NCBI GenBank assembly: GCA_002189035.1 | Contig: NEEC01000029.1 | Span: 372,001 to 436,000 of the forward strand | Direction: 5' to 3' | Source: Utricularia gibba | Lineage: Eukaryota > Plantae > Magnoliophyta | DNA: 64,000 bases | In this document: piece by piece, positions 39,814 to 52,169 of the stretch | Layout of the letters: each line of letters starts with the position of its first letter | How positions within the stretch are numbered: position 1 is the first letter of the stretch | Notes under the pieces: model-generated | What the model was told of the DNA's origin: nothing | The model's database searches: none | Seen by the model: the letters and a program-made list of their open reading frames with translations, nothing else | Program-made: the position numbers and the translations under genes

Positions 39814-41099
39814 CCTTCACTGGAGCTCCGAATTCACTCAATCTGTAAATTCAAAACCCTAGTGGGAGTACAGAAATGCTCCCCCAGAACATCAAAATCG
39901 CCGCGATCACACAATTCCGTCACCAAACTCAAAAACCACCCGATTCAAAATCCAGGCCGAAACCCCCCCTTTTTGTGGCAATTTAGGGATCCCTGTTCCA
40001 ACACTTATGTCTCTCTCCACCTTCCCCTGAAGCGATGAGAGAGAAGGAGAAAGGTAGCATTTTTATATCCAGGAGGATATAGATACACTCTGAATTGTAA
40101 GTAAAGACACCAATTTATGAATATACTACAAATTTTAGTCTATTCTGTTCACATTTAATCGGAAGCTAGAGACGAAGGAACATTTATCAGGAAGAAGCGT
40201 TCGAATTCCATTCGATGAAGCTTGTGATACGCGTACAGATGCATGTACGTGTGGTAGGCGCATCTGAGTTGCAGCTGATGCTGCCACAGTTAATGGCTTC
40301 CATATTCTTTTCCGGGAACACCCACAAATCGAAGGGAAGCATTTGCTAGCACAGGGATTCATCAGTTGTTTGTCAATAAAAAGTTGCGTTCTTTTACAGT
40401 CACAGGGGTCCAGCAGAGCCGGCGGGGCGGTGGAGAGATCCTCGAGATGCAAAAGTGCGAATGATTTTCCCGGTGAGAGAAGAGGCGGGGGCGTTGGTGG
40501 AAACGCATGATTTTTCCGGATTGGTTTGTTGACCTAATCGAGAAAGAAACTCGGGACACAGATCAGATCCATGAAGCAGGGAAATGGACAAGGTAAACCT
40601 AGTCTGAAATTGGGAAAGGAATCAGAATTCAGAGCCAGTGGGACAAACCCAACCGATGGCGGAGGATTTTATGTTACACCACTTTCCCTTGTCTGATTTC
40701 AAGACTTGTGGAATGTACGCCTTTCTGTCTCCAAACCTTCCTCAGAAGTGAAGTAGCCTGTTGGGTCACATCGTATGACTGTCTCTGAGGGGCTTTTTTT
40801 TTTACACTTTTAATTCTTAATTTGATTTCGAACATTTGAAAAAAGGGGGAAAAAAAAACCATGAATTCATGCATGCCGCACAAGTTCACTGTCGTCGGTT
40901 CATTTCCGTGAAGTGGGCCTGAGAAAAGTTGCCAAGCAGACTCCATGTGTATTTCATCAGAGAAATTGCCCTGTGTTTAACTAACAAAGGCTTGAATGTA
41001 TTCTAAAGCTGAGCATTCCGCCATGCTCATTGATGGAGAAGCGGAAGTAGTTCAAGTAACATGACAACACCAACAGACTGACTCCTGACTCCAGGAGGA

Positions 41100-42463
41100 G
41101 CAATTGCAATTTGCAAGCATGCCTCATCAAAGTTTCATTGTGCCGAGGAATGCGGAAGCCCCTTCCTTCCGCATGGGCTGGAGCTGGATTGGGATTGCAC
41201 CAGGGCTGGAAACCAATGGAGTAGGCCCATGTATCCCTTGTTGTGCTTGTGCATTTGCATTGGCATAGCAGGGGCCCTCTAGATCCATCCAGCAGAAGGG
41301 AAGGAGTAGAACGAAGATAACCTACCCAAGTTTATAGTGGTCCACTGTATGCAGTGGCACCTGGTACGGCTGCATTCAGAACACAAGTGCTGCTGAGGAT
41401 GGTGTAATCTCTGTTCTGCCACCTGGGAAATGCTTCTTCCATCAAAGGCATTGCCGCAGTTGTGCCTGCTGCTGTATCAGAAAGTTGCACCAAAGCCTTG
41501 ATACTGCAGGAGACTATGAATTTCTTGAGATTACAATGTGTGATGCCATTTTCCCAGAATTGGCCACAATATCTCAACCTAAAATCCAGCGGTCTTTTCA
41601 AGTGTAGTGATCTTGTGAACAAAACCCAAATGCAGAAAACGGCTGCAAAGCACAACACTTGTTACCGCATCGAATGATTCAAAAAGGAATACAAAAGAAT
41701 GTGTCCGAGTTACTTGTCTTCACCGAACATCATTTAACAGAAAAGAGCACAGATCAACATCTAAGTCGCTGTGCTGGGTCGAAAATTTTTGAGACATTGG
41801 CGACATAATCTAGTTGATCACCAAAATTAAGTTAGAAACCCCCCAAATACAAAATACAAAATACCAAATAAATGGTTGAACATTTTGACAGAAGCAATCT
41901 TTCTGCCAAGCAATAATAAGCTGCCATCGAAGATATATCCTTGGCACGTGGTTGCATGTTTCACGCCATCATGTGAAGTAAAAGATTTAGGAAGCATGAC
42001 AAACAACTCACACAATAATCAGAGAAAGCCTCCTGCACTGTTGATAAATCGGTGAGGGCCCATCAGCTACTAAAAGGGTGCCAGTTTCTTAGCAGGAGCA
42101 GAACATCAATGCTAAAAAGGCGTGGATCATTCTCCTCAAATGCTACATTACCAGCAACATCTGCAGCACTTTTGTAGTTGACAATTTCTAGCCTGTTTGA
42201 GTACTGAAGGTACACAGCTTTCCCTCGTAAGTCGTACGGATGATACGTTATCATAGCATAGCAATGGCTTGACTCAATTCAGCCTTCAAAACATTAGGAA
42301 AAAAAAAAAAGTAGGAATACAAAAGCCATAAATATGGTGCGAATTCAATGAAATGCTGAGTTTGTTAGACCCAGCCTTGGGCTTACGGAACGACATTCCC
42401 TGTTCCATCAGCTCCTGTTCAGAAGAAGAACCCCAGGAGTGGCTGGCTGGAAAGAGACGACAT
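41100..42463 (-). pseudogene. Polypyrimidine tract-binding protein (PTB1/PTB2 type) pseudogene
   Basis: MSSLSSQP start, then multi-base deletions and frameshifts; recognisable pieces (Q)HFIEF / AELSQAIAM, RGKAVYLQYSNRLEIVNYKSAADVAGNV, SIDVL, FVHKITTLEKTAGF* (TAG where Gln is expected), ALVQLSD, NRDYTI; a donor site reads CT instead of GT at 42092. The 3' boundary is approximate. Confidence 0.88.
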
Positions 42464-42626
42464 TCCGGTGCAGGAATCGTCCTTGCCCTTGATAAAAGAA
42501 AACGATTGAGCCAAACGCGAAAGCATTGCGGCAGCAAAGAACAAACTTGAGGACGGCAACAACGAGGTTGACTAGGATGAGGGTAGATCAGAATCGACGT
42601 AAGAATAAAATAAAACATAAATAATT

Positions 42627-42742
42627 CATCCATCCATCCATCCATCCGTGTGGGCCCAGGCGCCGTGTTCTGGTTTGCAAGCGTCTGGTCTGGTCTGGTC
42701 TGGTCTGTGTCTCAACTCTCAACCCAGCGGATGGATGGATGG
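42627..42742. repeat. (CATC)n / (GATG)n inverted repeat enclosing a (CTGGT)4 run
   Basis: CCATCCATCCATCCG (42634-42648) is the exact reverse complement of CGGATGGATGGATGG (42728-42742). Confidence 0.85.
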
Positions 42743-43028
42743 GCACCCACTGGAGCGATGGGATGCAATCCACCACGCAGGCAGAAGAAAAGACGCTTAG
42801 CAGCAGTTAATTAAATCAAGTCAAGTCATTGGGTGGTTAGCGGTTACGAGGGCATGTGATTTTGCAGCTGGGGGCGGGGATGTCGTGGTGGGTCCCGCTC
42901 CTGTAATGAATGTCTTTCCACAATGAGCGCGCTCACACCCACACACAGTCTCACACATGCACAAGCGAGGACCCAATCCAAGCATCCTCCACCTCCCAGG
43001 CTCCAACCACAACCACAACCACGACGGC

Positions 43029-43057
<29 letters not shown>
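43029..43057. repeat. (CT)14 microsatellite
   Basis: Perfect dinucleotide run. Confidence 0.95.
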
Positions 43058-43062
<5 letters not shown>

Positions 43063-44057
43063 ACGTGACGACAAACAACTACAACAAGCAGTCGCCTGTT
43101 TCGGTGTTCCGGGGGGGCTTGGCGAGTATTAGTTGCTTCTACTTAACTCTACACCTTAAACGCCCAGTCCAGTCCAATAATTCCTGATGACAACTGGCTG
43201 CCTGCTTTCTCGCTTGCTTGCGGTGGAAATAGAGCCTGATTCGTAGTAATTGCACAAAAAGAAGGGAAGGGCCTGGCCTGGCCTGGAAGCACCGCACCGC
43301 AGGATTGGAGTTAATAGTAACAAGGAGGGGGGGGAGGGGGAGGCAGCCTGCAGCTGCCATGCTGTCGTATTTAATGAGCACTTTACCCCAAAAGTGTAGC
43401 CTTGCCCTTCCACCACCACACATCATGTGCCTGCCTGCCTTCCGGATTATTCATCTCGGGAGTGTGTGGGTTAGTTACTGCATGACTAGGGCGGGGCGGG
43501 GCGGGGCATACGCGAGACCGGCCACATATCCGAAACCGCCATCGCACGGAAGGCGGTAAGGCCCCCGGACACCAACCAAGGCGGCAGGCAGACCCTTCCC
43601 CTCCCCATGTAGGGCAGGGTGCGAGGATCTGCCGCGTGTCTGTCCCTCATAAACGACTCCGCTCCAACGCCCTCTTCCTTGTGCATTCAATGCTCCAGTC
43701 TTCACTGCCAACAACCACCAGAGGCGGTGAAAACATGCACCGTTCCGGCATCCGCGACTATTCCGGGGAACGGAGGGACACTTGCCCAGTTTTGTGTCAC
43801 CTATTCACTGCACTGCACTGCCCAGTCAAGGCAATTTCCTTTTGAGCCGTATTAAACAACATGGGGACTATCAACTCCTGGTCCGCGGGCAAACATGTAC
43901 TACGCCGGCCCCGATAAATTTTAATCGCAAATTCTCGTGGTGTGTAAAATCTTAAATACAACATGGTTTTTAAATGACTGCGAGGAAAAGGCCACAAAGT
44001 TAGGTGTGAAATTGATGCCGGAGGGGGGGCGAAGAACGTGCTCCATGGAACTCAGGT

Positions 44058-44065
44058 TATAAATA
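44058..44065 (+). promoter_or_regulatory. TATA box of the BAHD gene
   Basis: TATAAATA about 45 nt upstream of the ATG at 44109. Confidence 0.7.
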
Positions 44066-44108
44066 CAGCCTCAAATGAAGGCGCATTGCAGCGCATTGCA
44101 ATTTGCAA

Positions 44109-45787
44109 ATGAGGTTGGAGACGGTGAAGAGGTCCTGCATTATCCGGCCGGCGATACCCACCACCCACGGAGTCCTCCCACTCACGGAATTCGATCAGGT
44201 CAGCGGACTGCTGCCTTACGTTCCGGGTATCATCTTCTACCGCCCGCAGGAGAGATGGCACGCCGGGGATGTCTTCACCACTCTAACAAACTCTTTGCGC
44301 AAAACATTGGTCTACTTCTATCCTGTGGCCGGCCGCCTCCGTCGCCTCCAAGGAGGCAGGTTTGAGGTGGACTGCAACGACGGCGGGGTGCTTTTTACCG
44401 AGGTTGACTCCCAAGAGGATATGGAGGTAATTTAAGATTCAGGCACTAGATCTGCTTGTGATGGATCATCTTCTTTTTTACCCTACTTCTTCATGTGCGC
44501 CGCGCCGGTAAATACCAGGTATTGATTATTAATTAAATGGTTCCATGGGCGTAAGGAATATGACTGGATAGCGATAGCTCTCTTCAGGAATATTATTCCA
44601 ATCAGAAACACAATTGTTTATTCAGGAATTTGTTTCTTTTTTTATTATTATTCTTTCCTGTAAAGTGCGGATCGAAGCGTCTCTAATCGTAATTAAATTA
44701 CTTGTTCTTCATATGCCAACAGGTCCTTGCTGACTTCCCTCGGTCGCCGGAGTTCCATAATCATCTCATTCCTCGCGTCGATGACTCCGCCTCCGCGGAA
44801 GACCTCCCTCTCCTTTTCGTGCAGCTCACTCAGTTCCGGTGCGGCGGCTTCTCCCTGGGCTTCGCACTTTCTCATGCTGTATTTGACGGGCACAGCTGGG
44901 TGCATTTCCTGTGGGAATGGGCGCGCCTCGCCAGAGGAAAGCCGATCATGGCCCCGCCTTTTCTCGACAGGAAAATCTTCAGAGTGGGAAAGCCGCCTCT
45001 GTCGCCGACGGGCCATCACGAAGACTTCCACAACCCTCATTTCACGGCTCCGCCGCTTTTAATCGGCGAAACTAACTGTGAAACGCAGAGAAAAAAGTCA
45101 ACCACCACCGCGACGCTGCAGATTTCCAATTCCCAAATCGAAACCCTGAGAAAAGCCGCAAACAGCAAAATCCCACCGGAGAAACCCAAGTTCTCTCGGT
45201 ACGAAACCATCGCTGCCCACATATGGCGGTGCGCGTGCCGCGCCCGGCGCCATGTTTGGAATCAGCCGACGAGACTGGGCGTGTGCGTGGACATCCGCAA
45301 CCGCATGAATTTACCCAAGAACTTCTTCGGCAACGCCATCCTGGACGTGATGGCCGAGGGGCTTTCCGGCGAAGTGACTATGAAGCCATTGAGCTTCGTG
45401 GTGAGCAAAATTCGGAAGGCGATCAACTCGGTGACGGCAGATTACGTCAACTCCTCGATTGATTACCTGAAAAAGCTGGAGGACTTGTCGCCGATCGAAG
45501 AGTTTTACGGGACCTCGGAGGGGCAGGGGCCGTTCTACGGGAACCCGAATATAAGCGTGACGAGTTGGCTGAGCTTGCCGCCGGGGGGGGTTGATTTCGG
45601 ATGGGGGGCGGAGGCATTGTTGAGCCCTGGTGGTTTGGACAGCGACGGGGACACGCTGATAATGCCGGGGAGCGGGGGGGAGGGGGCGGTTTTTATATGC
45701 CTTCAGGAGGAGTTGATGGGGGAGTTCGTGAAGCTATTCTACGAGGGCGTCAAAAAGGAGGAGACGGCGGCGGGGATCCCAGAATGA
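44109..45787 (+). CDS. BAHD acyltransferase, spermidine hydroxycinnamoyl transferase (SHT)-like; one intron 44427-44722
   Basis: FYPVAGRL, VDCNDGGVLF, HXXXD motif HAVFDG, FSRYETIAAHIWRCACRAR, FFGNA, FYGNPN, DFGWG; spliced frame EDME|VLADFPRSPEF is open. Confidence 0.9.
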
Positions 45788-46419
45788 TTACCCTTCGACC
45801 GTCCGCCCCTCCCTCCCACTTATCCAACACACACACAAATCACAATATTTGGTTCAGTGCACTCGCCTCGCCTCTCATCCCATCATTTTTATTTCATATC
45901 AAATATCATCATTTTCTTGTATATCCGGCGGACGCCCTGCCCGTGTAATGAATACAATAAATCGTGCCTGAAATGAATATCATAATTATGGCGTAACTCC
46001 CTTTTGTTCTGTAACTGGTAGATTTAAACCGGAACCAGCATAAGTTGCAGGAGGAGATCGGACGGCACGCCTGCCGAGGCTGAATTTTCTGCCACCTCTC
46101 GACTAATTCCTCGCAGGATACTCGAATCATCTGCTAAAAAAACGGTGCAGGGGTAGCAAGGAAGTTACGACGCTTCTTAGTTTTAGAAGCTCATTTATTT
46201 GTATTTATTTAATAATTAGCTACTACACACCTGAAAAACAGTCTCCTGAGTATATGATGCACCAAAAATGTCGTGTCGCACAGGTCATCAAAAATGAGGG
46301 GGAAAAAAGCAATAGATGGAGAGAACAAGGGGTAGCTAGAATAACAAAGAAGCAAGAGATGTGAACTCTAAGTATTGGATTCACCAATCGCCAAACGCAG
46401 CAACATCATCGGGTTGAGC

Positions 46420-49400
46420 CTACACTTTCCTGACCTGAATGTTATGGGTAGACTGTGACCGCCATATCGGTTGCCGGCCGCTCTGGAGAAGAGCCACATG
46501 TTCGCCTTCTTTCACCATACCTTGTTTCTAAATTGTCAAGATGCCACAGTTGGTATACATTACCTCGCACACTCAAACATCAAAAAATTATGGTTCTGTG
46601 GATACAAGTGTTTAGGAAGGACGAACCTGTAGCACGGCGAGCGCGTTGGCAAATGTATCCTCAGCATCGTCGGAGAACTCCAGATGAATGGGGCAAACAC
46701 CTTGGTAGAGAGCTAGCCTTTGCTGTGTTCTCGTACTGTTAACAGAAGAATACACGAAACAAGGTTACACAGCTGGCTATAGGTGAGAGGAATGCTGGGA
46801 GTGTGGCTGTGTGGTCATTTAAGATGGGTAAAAGAAGAAAAAAATAAGGTATCACGGGGAGGTGGGCGAGCAGATCAGTAGACATCTTGCAAAACGCAGT
46901 TGCTAGAACTCACTCATTTGTGAAAGCAAAAATTGTTCCAGATGGTCGATAATGGCTCAATAGGATGGCCATGAAACCAGTTCTCGTGAAGACAACGATT
47001 GAAGTTCCGAGGGTATTAGACATCATTGTTGCATGGTACGCAAACATTTCACTCATATGATTCTGCAAACACAAAAAGCACATCAAAATGAGAAGTGAGT
47101 GTACTTCATGTAAGGTGGAAGAGCTAATGAGATAATATAATCCACTACATGCCCAGACCTTGAAGGCTAGGCCAAGATTTGCTGGTGTCTCTGGGCCTGA
47201 TACCGTTTCTTCGGTGCGCAAAGAGACCGTGTGCATGACTTTCACAGCTTTCAACGGAAATCTGAGCAGTGCAGCAAGTCAGATCACACGAATCAGGTTG
47301 AGTTAATGCACCAAGGTTTGCTGCATCAAAAAAAAAAAAAAAAAAAAAAAGAAAGAAAGAAAGAAGGAAAGACCACGTGCCTCCCATGAGCAGTCTCCCC
47401 AGAAAGCATGACTGCATCAGCGCCTTCGCGAACAGCAATGGCAATATCTGATACCTCAGCTCGGGTAGGGGTGGGATGAACAATCATGCTTTCAAGCATA
47501 TTTGTTGCCACTATCACTGCTTTTCCCATGCTACGGCATGTCCGGATGATTTCTTCCTATAAGCATCAGGTCTTTTGTAAATCTAATCATGCTATTTCTT
47601 GCATTCTGGAATTCTGACGTGTAAGCTGAAAGAGGTTGCCACTTCACCTGCAGTATTGGAACATCCTCAATCGGCAATTCTGCACCAAGATCTCCTCTGG
47701 CAACCATTGCCTGTCGAGAAAAGGGAACAGTTCAGGTACCTTTGCAGAAGAAAGTTTCACCAATCACAAAATACATGGAAACTAGATGCTTCATTGGAAC
47801 AATATACAGTCAACCATAAACAATTCAAGATTAACTTCCATAGAGACATCTTGGCAATTCATTCTGAATACATGACAAATACGGTTATTTATCTATATGC
47901 AACTGTCGTTCCTACCCCATCAGATGCAGTTATAATTGACTGCAAATTTGGAATGGAGTCAGCACTTTCAATTTTGACGATGACATTAATGTCAGCTCCA
48001 GCAGCTGCAGGGAACAAAAAAAATCAAGATACGTATAAGGAAATAGTATAGACAGACGACAGTGGCAGCAGCGCCATCAGAAACGAAGGCTCCGTGCCAC
48101 AAGGGGTCATTAAACTAAGCACCAAGAGCTAGGATTAACCTTTAAGATAATTCTTCAATTCATGAACAACAGCAGCATCTTTGACAAAGGAAACAGCATA
48201 AAAATCAACTTCATTATCCACTCCAAATTTGATATCCTCCCAATCCTTTTCTGTAGAACATTCAAAATATCATTTTAAATTTTTCACACAGAGGGAGAGC
48301 ATTATAGCTAACACACTATAAGAAACCTGATACGACCCAAAAATACTAACCTGTGATTGAAGGGAGTGTTGCACTTTTTCCACGAACATTAAGGTGCCGG
48401 CGAGATTTAAGTTCTCCACCATCAACAACCTCACACTTCACTGAATCTTCATCCTTTGACTTCACGAGCAATGACATCATACCACCTGCATTGACAAAAA
48501 TAGACAACTATATATTCATAAGAAGCAAGTATCATCAAGGGTACGGTGTGTAAAAAACCGTTGCCACTTCAAAATCCAAAAAAAGGAAAGGATACTAGGT
48601 TGCTAAATTGTTGAAACCAACTAATTTAGAAGTGCTAAAAAGTGCCCGATCTTATACAGCGCAATTGTTTGAATAAAAACAAATGAAAACTATGCAAACT
48701 TAAAGTTTACTACCATCAACAAGGAGCATATCCCCAGCTTCAACATCATTGACAAAATCGTCATAGTTGACACTAACACAATCATGTGTACCAACTCCTC
48801 TTCTAATTGTGAAAGTGAATTCCTGACCCGTTGTCAGGACAATAGGTTGAGGTAAATCACCACTCCTAACCTCAGGACCCTGTCATTCAAAATTCCGAAG
48901 AAATATTATAAAACGTAATTTGTGCGCCTTGAAGTGAAATAGAATTCTGAGGCACAAGTTCAACTACAATACTAGCCTTGGTGTCAAGCATGATGGCTAT
49001 AACGTTGTCTTTTGCGTGAGAATTATACTCCTTGACCAAGTCAATAACTTTCTGGTGAGATGCATGATCTCCATGGGACATATTAAGACGCGCAACATTC
49101 ATTCCTGCCTCTGCTAGTTTCCATATCATTTCCTTGGTATTGGAAGATGGCCCGATTGTGCAAACAATTTTGGTCTTGCGCCTCACTGAGGGTGTGGACG
49201 GCAAACCCATGGATACATCACCATTTATTGTGGCTCCCTGAAAATTCAGAACTTTCCCTTCCTCCTGATCCAGAAGTAAGAGCAGGGCAAGGCCATATTA
49301 GGGTGTGGTATAGCAATGTGGCGTCTCTCAAGAATAAGCATAACACAAAAGACCCAAATGAAAAGCTTATACCTTTGTACTGTCTTCAGGAGAAACGGGG

Positions 49401-49615
49401 ATTAACTGTGGATCCGTACTCAGGGACTTCGTCGGAGTGATCGGCGCGGCGACCTTTACAACTCCACCGCGGCTCATCCTCTCATTGGGCCGCAATACAT
49501 TTCCATCGAACCGAGAAATTCGCCTCCGCTCCCCTGACTGGGATTGCCGAGATCCAGAACCACCTCCAGCTGCAACTGCACAGTTAACAAGATGCGAGGC
49601 CACAACTTGTGCCAT
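46420..49615 (-). CDS. PKP2: Plastidial pyruvate kinase beta subunit (PKp2/PKP-beta1)
   Basis: Transit peptide [12 protein letters not shown]..., [103 protein letters not shown]. Confidence 0.95.
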
Positions 49616-49888
49616 TACTACAAAAGAAAGTAGTATATTTCCCCAAAACGCTACTTCAATCAAGAATTAACGTGCGGCAAGAGATGCAGAAGGAGAAGGA
49701 GATTCAGAAGCTGGGGCGATGACTGCTGAACTTCTTCTCGTTTGTATCGAAGCTGGACAGCACAGCGGACCCTCGTTTTCCATACATCGCATTGTATATT
49801 ATATATATAATATATGCATCAGCCTTACAGTAGCTGGACAGAGAGATTCGATGGGTGAAACGGCGTCGTGGTGGTGGCCCGTTGAAAG

Positions 49889-50262
49889 TGGGCCAAGTAT
49901 AAAATACCAGATCCATTTGTTGATCGGGCTCCATTTGGGCCGATGGCTCCAGCGAGGACTGGATGAAGCTAATAACTTTAGGCCCTTTCATTTTGACCCC
50001 TCTCTTTCTCGGATTTGTAATTCTCGCCTTCTAGATTCAAATAATAAATTTTGATGTATATATTAAATAGATGGTAAGTGATTGGAAAAAAAATTCTGCG
50101 CTTTTTGAATTAGAAGTTGATATTTTTTTTTACCATTTTTATAAAAGAATAAATTGTTTATTTATTATTATACGTACCCGGTACCCCCCTGCAATCAAAG
50201 GGTCGGAAAATGAATATGGCTGAAACATGTGCGACCCTGCCCCTCAGCGCCATCTAGGGTTT
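49889..50262. promoter_or_regulatory. Site II motifs (TGGGCC at 49889 and 49936) plus telo-box (TAGGGTTT 50255-50262) in the shared PK / F-box promoter
   Basis: Motif matches seen directly in the roughly 650-bp divergent intergenic region. Confidence 0.55.
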
Positions 50263-50267
50263 CGGAT

Positions 50268-51567
50268 ATGGCGATTACAAGTTCGGCAGGGCCTGCGGAT
50301 GAAATTCGAAGATACACCGAGTTGGGGATCAAGGAATCTTTCTCCCGGAATCCCCTGTACGCTTACGCTTGCAGAGAATTGAGCTGTATCATCAGAAACG
50401 GATACCCACAGTTTTCCAAGAGTGTTCAATCGCTTCTGTATCAAGACACGCTTTTTGCTTTCACCGTTCTTCCCGTGTAAGACTTTTCGGGAAAAAGAAA
50501 AACGATGATACACTCATGGGGCTAACTGTTGACATGAATGTTCAGGGTGCATACGCAGTCTGCTGTATCGGCTGCTCGTACCCTCGTACAAAGTGCCGAA
50601 TCTGCTTTCCCCAAGCAGAAGCGTGCACAGGCTGTGAAGGAGTACAAGAATGCAGTTGTTTCTTGCAAGAGGATGTCCAAACAAAACCTGGAATATGGAG
50701 GTGACATATTTCTTGGTGTTGAAAATGTGATCTTGTCGGTTTACGTTTACTCTGAGATATGTGGGAATGAGTAATTAGATTGGTGTTTCCAGATGGTGCA
50801 AACCTGATACCGCAGGATGTTTTGGTGCATATCTTCGGCTTCTTAGACTTGGGTTCCGTTGTTTCAGCTTCTGGGGTCTGCAGGTATTTCAAAGTAATCA
50901 ACCGTCCTTGCACATAGAGTTGTTGCATTTGATACCTTGTGGCCTGGTTTCCCGTTGTTCAGAACGTGGAATGTGGCCTCTAATGACGATAAACTCTGGA
51001 AATGCTTGTATGATACCTATTTCTCTGCGTTGAACGGCACCATAAACATGCGCGAACGCACTACTACTCATGCCGCCGAAGATTGCGGATTGGAAGAAAA
51101 GGATCATAGTGATCACTGGAGAGCGAGGTTTCAACAGGCGTACAAAGCTAGTAAGTAGTGGATCTGGTTCTGTCGTTTTGCGAATGATGTGAGGGGCTTA
51201 CGCTGTTTGCAGGCATGCTTGCTAGAAAACTGAGGTCCAACAGAGGATACTGTGGAACGTGCTCCTCCGTCGTCTGGCTAGATGGAGTTACGTGCTCAAA
51301 TGCATCTGGTACAAACGATGGAGCTGGGGGGAAGCAGCATCAGATTACACCCATATCCGCAACGCAGGTAAAAACAACATTTAACCTGATTGGGTTCTGT
51401 TCCGGCAAGTTCAACTAAAGAAGCCGCTGGACGACTGGCTCTAGGTAGCTACGTATATCTCAGAAGGCGTTATACCGGAGGAGCCATCTTCGGATACCGA
51501 CAGTGACACAGAGGATGGCTCCGTGTTCAAGCTGTGGGCATTTCCTGTCCGCTTAGATGGTGCATAG
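50268..51567 (+). CDS. F-box protein (At5g52880-like, recalled)
   Basis: Six exons: RYTELGIKESF...YAYACRELSCIIR, QTQSAVSAA-type exon, F-box IPQDVLVHIFGFLDLGSVVSASGVCRTWNVASNDDKLW, SNRGYCGTCSSVVWL, acidic tail DTDSDTEDGSVFKLWAFP...*. Confidence 0.87.
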
Positions 51568-52169
51568 CCTTTGGGAATGTTGTGCGATCATCGAGAGAGA
51601 CAGACGGGGATGAATCCTCAGGTCCGCTGTGTTATCGTGTACAGAAGATTCGTGGGTGATTCGCCATTGTTGAAAAATAGAGGAGCTCGATAGGTCGTAA
51701 ATATCTTGTGTGGAGGGTTCCAATTAAATAACCCTTTTGAATTTAATCATTGGTAATAGTTTATTTTATCTAAAAAGAAATGAGGTACGGCGGTATTACA
51801 ATCGACAGAAGCCCATGAACCGAGATTCAGTTCTCGGGAGCGGCCCATCCCAGCCCAGCCCAGCCCATAATACTAAAGTTTGTTTTTCTTTTTCTAGATA
51901 TCTTCCAAAACAAAACCAGGCCAAGCCAAGCCAGGAGAGAAAGGGACAAGGTGTGATGAAATGTTTGGAGGCATATGTCACATGTGCGAAAGAAAGAATC
52001 GATCCCATTCCCAAGTGGGCATGAGTTGGTCACGGGATCCCATATCCAACACCAATGCCACGGACGCCACATACAAATACTCAAACCATTTAACTCCAAT
52101 TCCTGATAAAACTGTAGCGAGTTACCCATCCTTCCCTCGGTCTCACTCCCAGGCCCTCATTCCTCCGCC

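Noticed and set aside
44075-44365. 96-aa out-of-frame ORF overlapping the BAHD start
   Set aside because: Its ATG is about 10 nt after the TATA box, so probably upstream of the TSS, and it has no recognisable homology.
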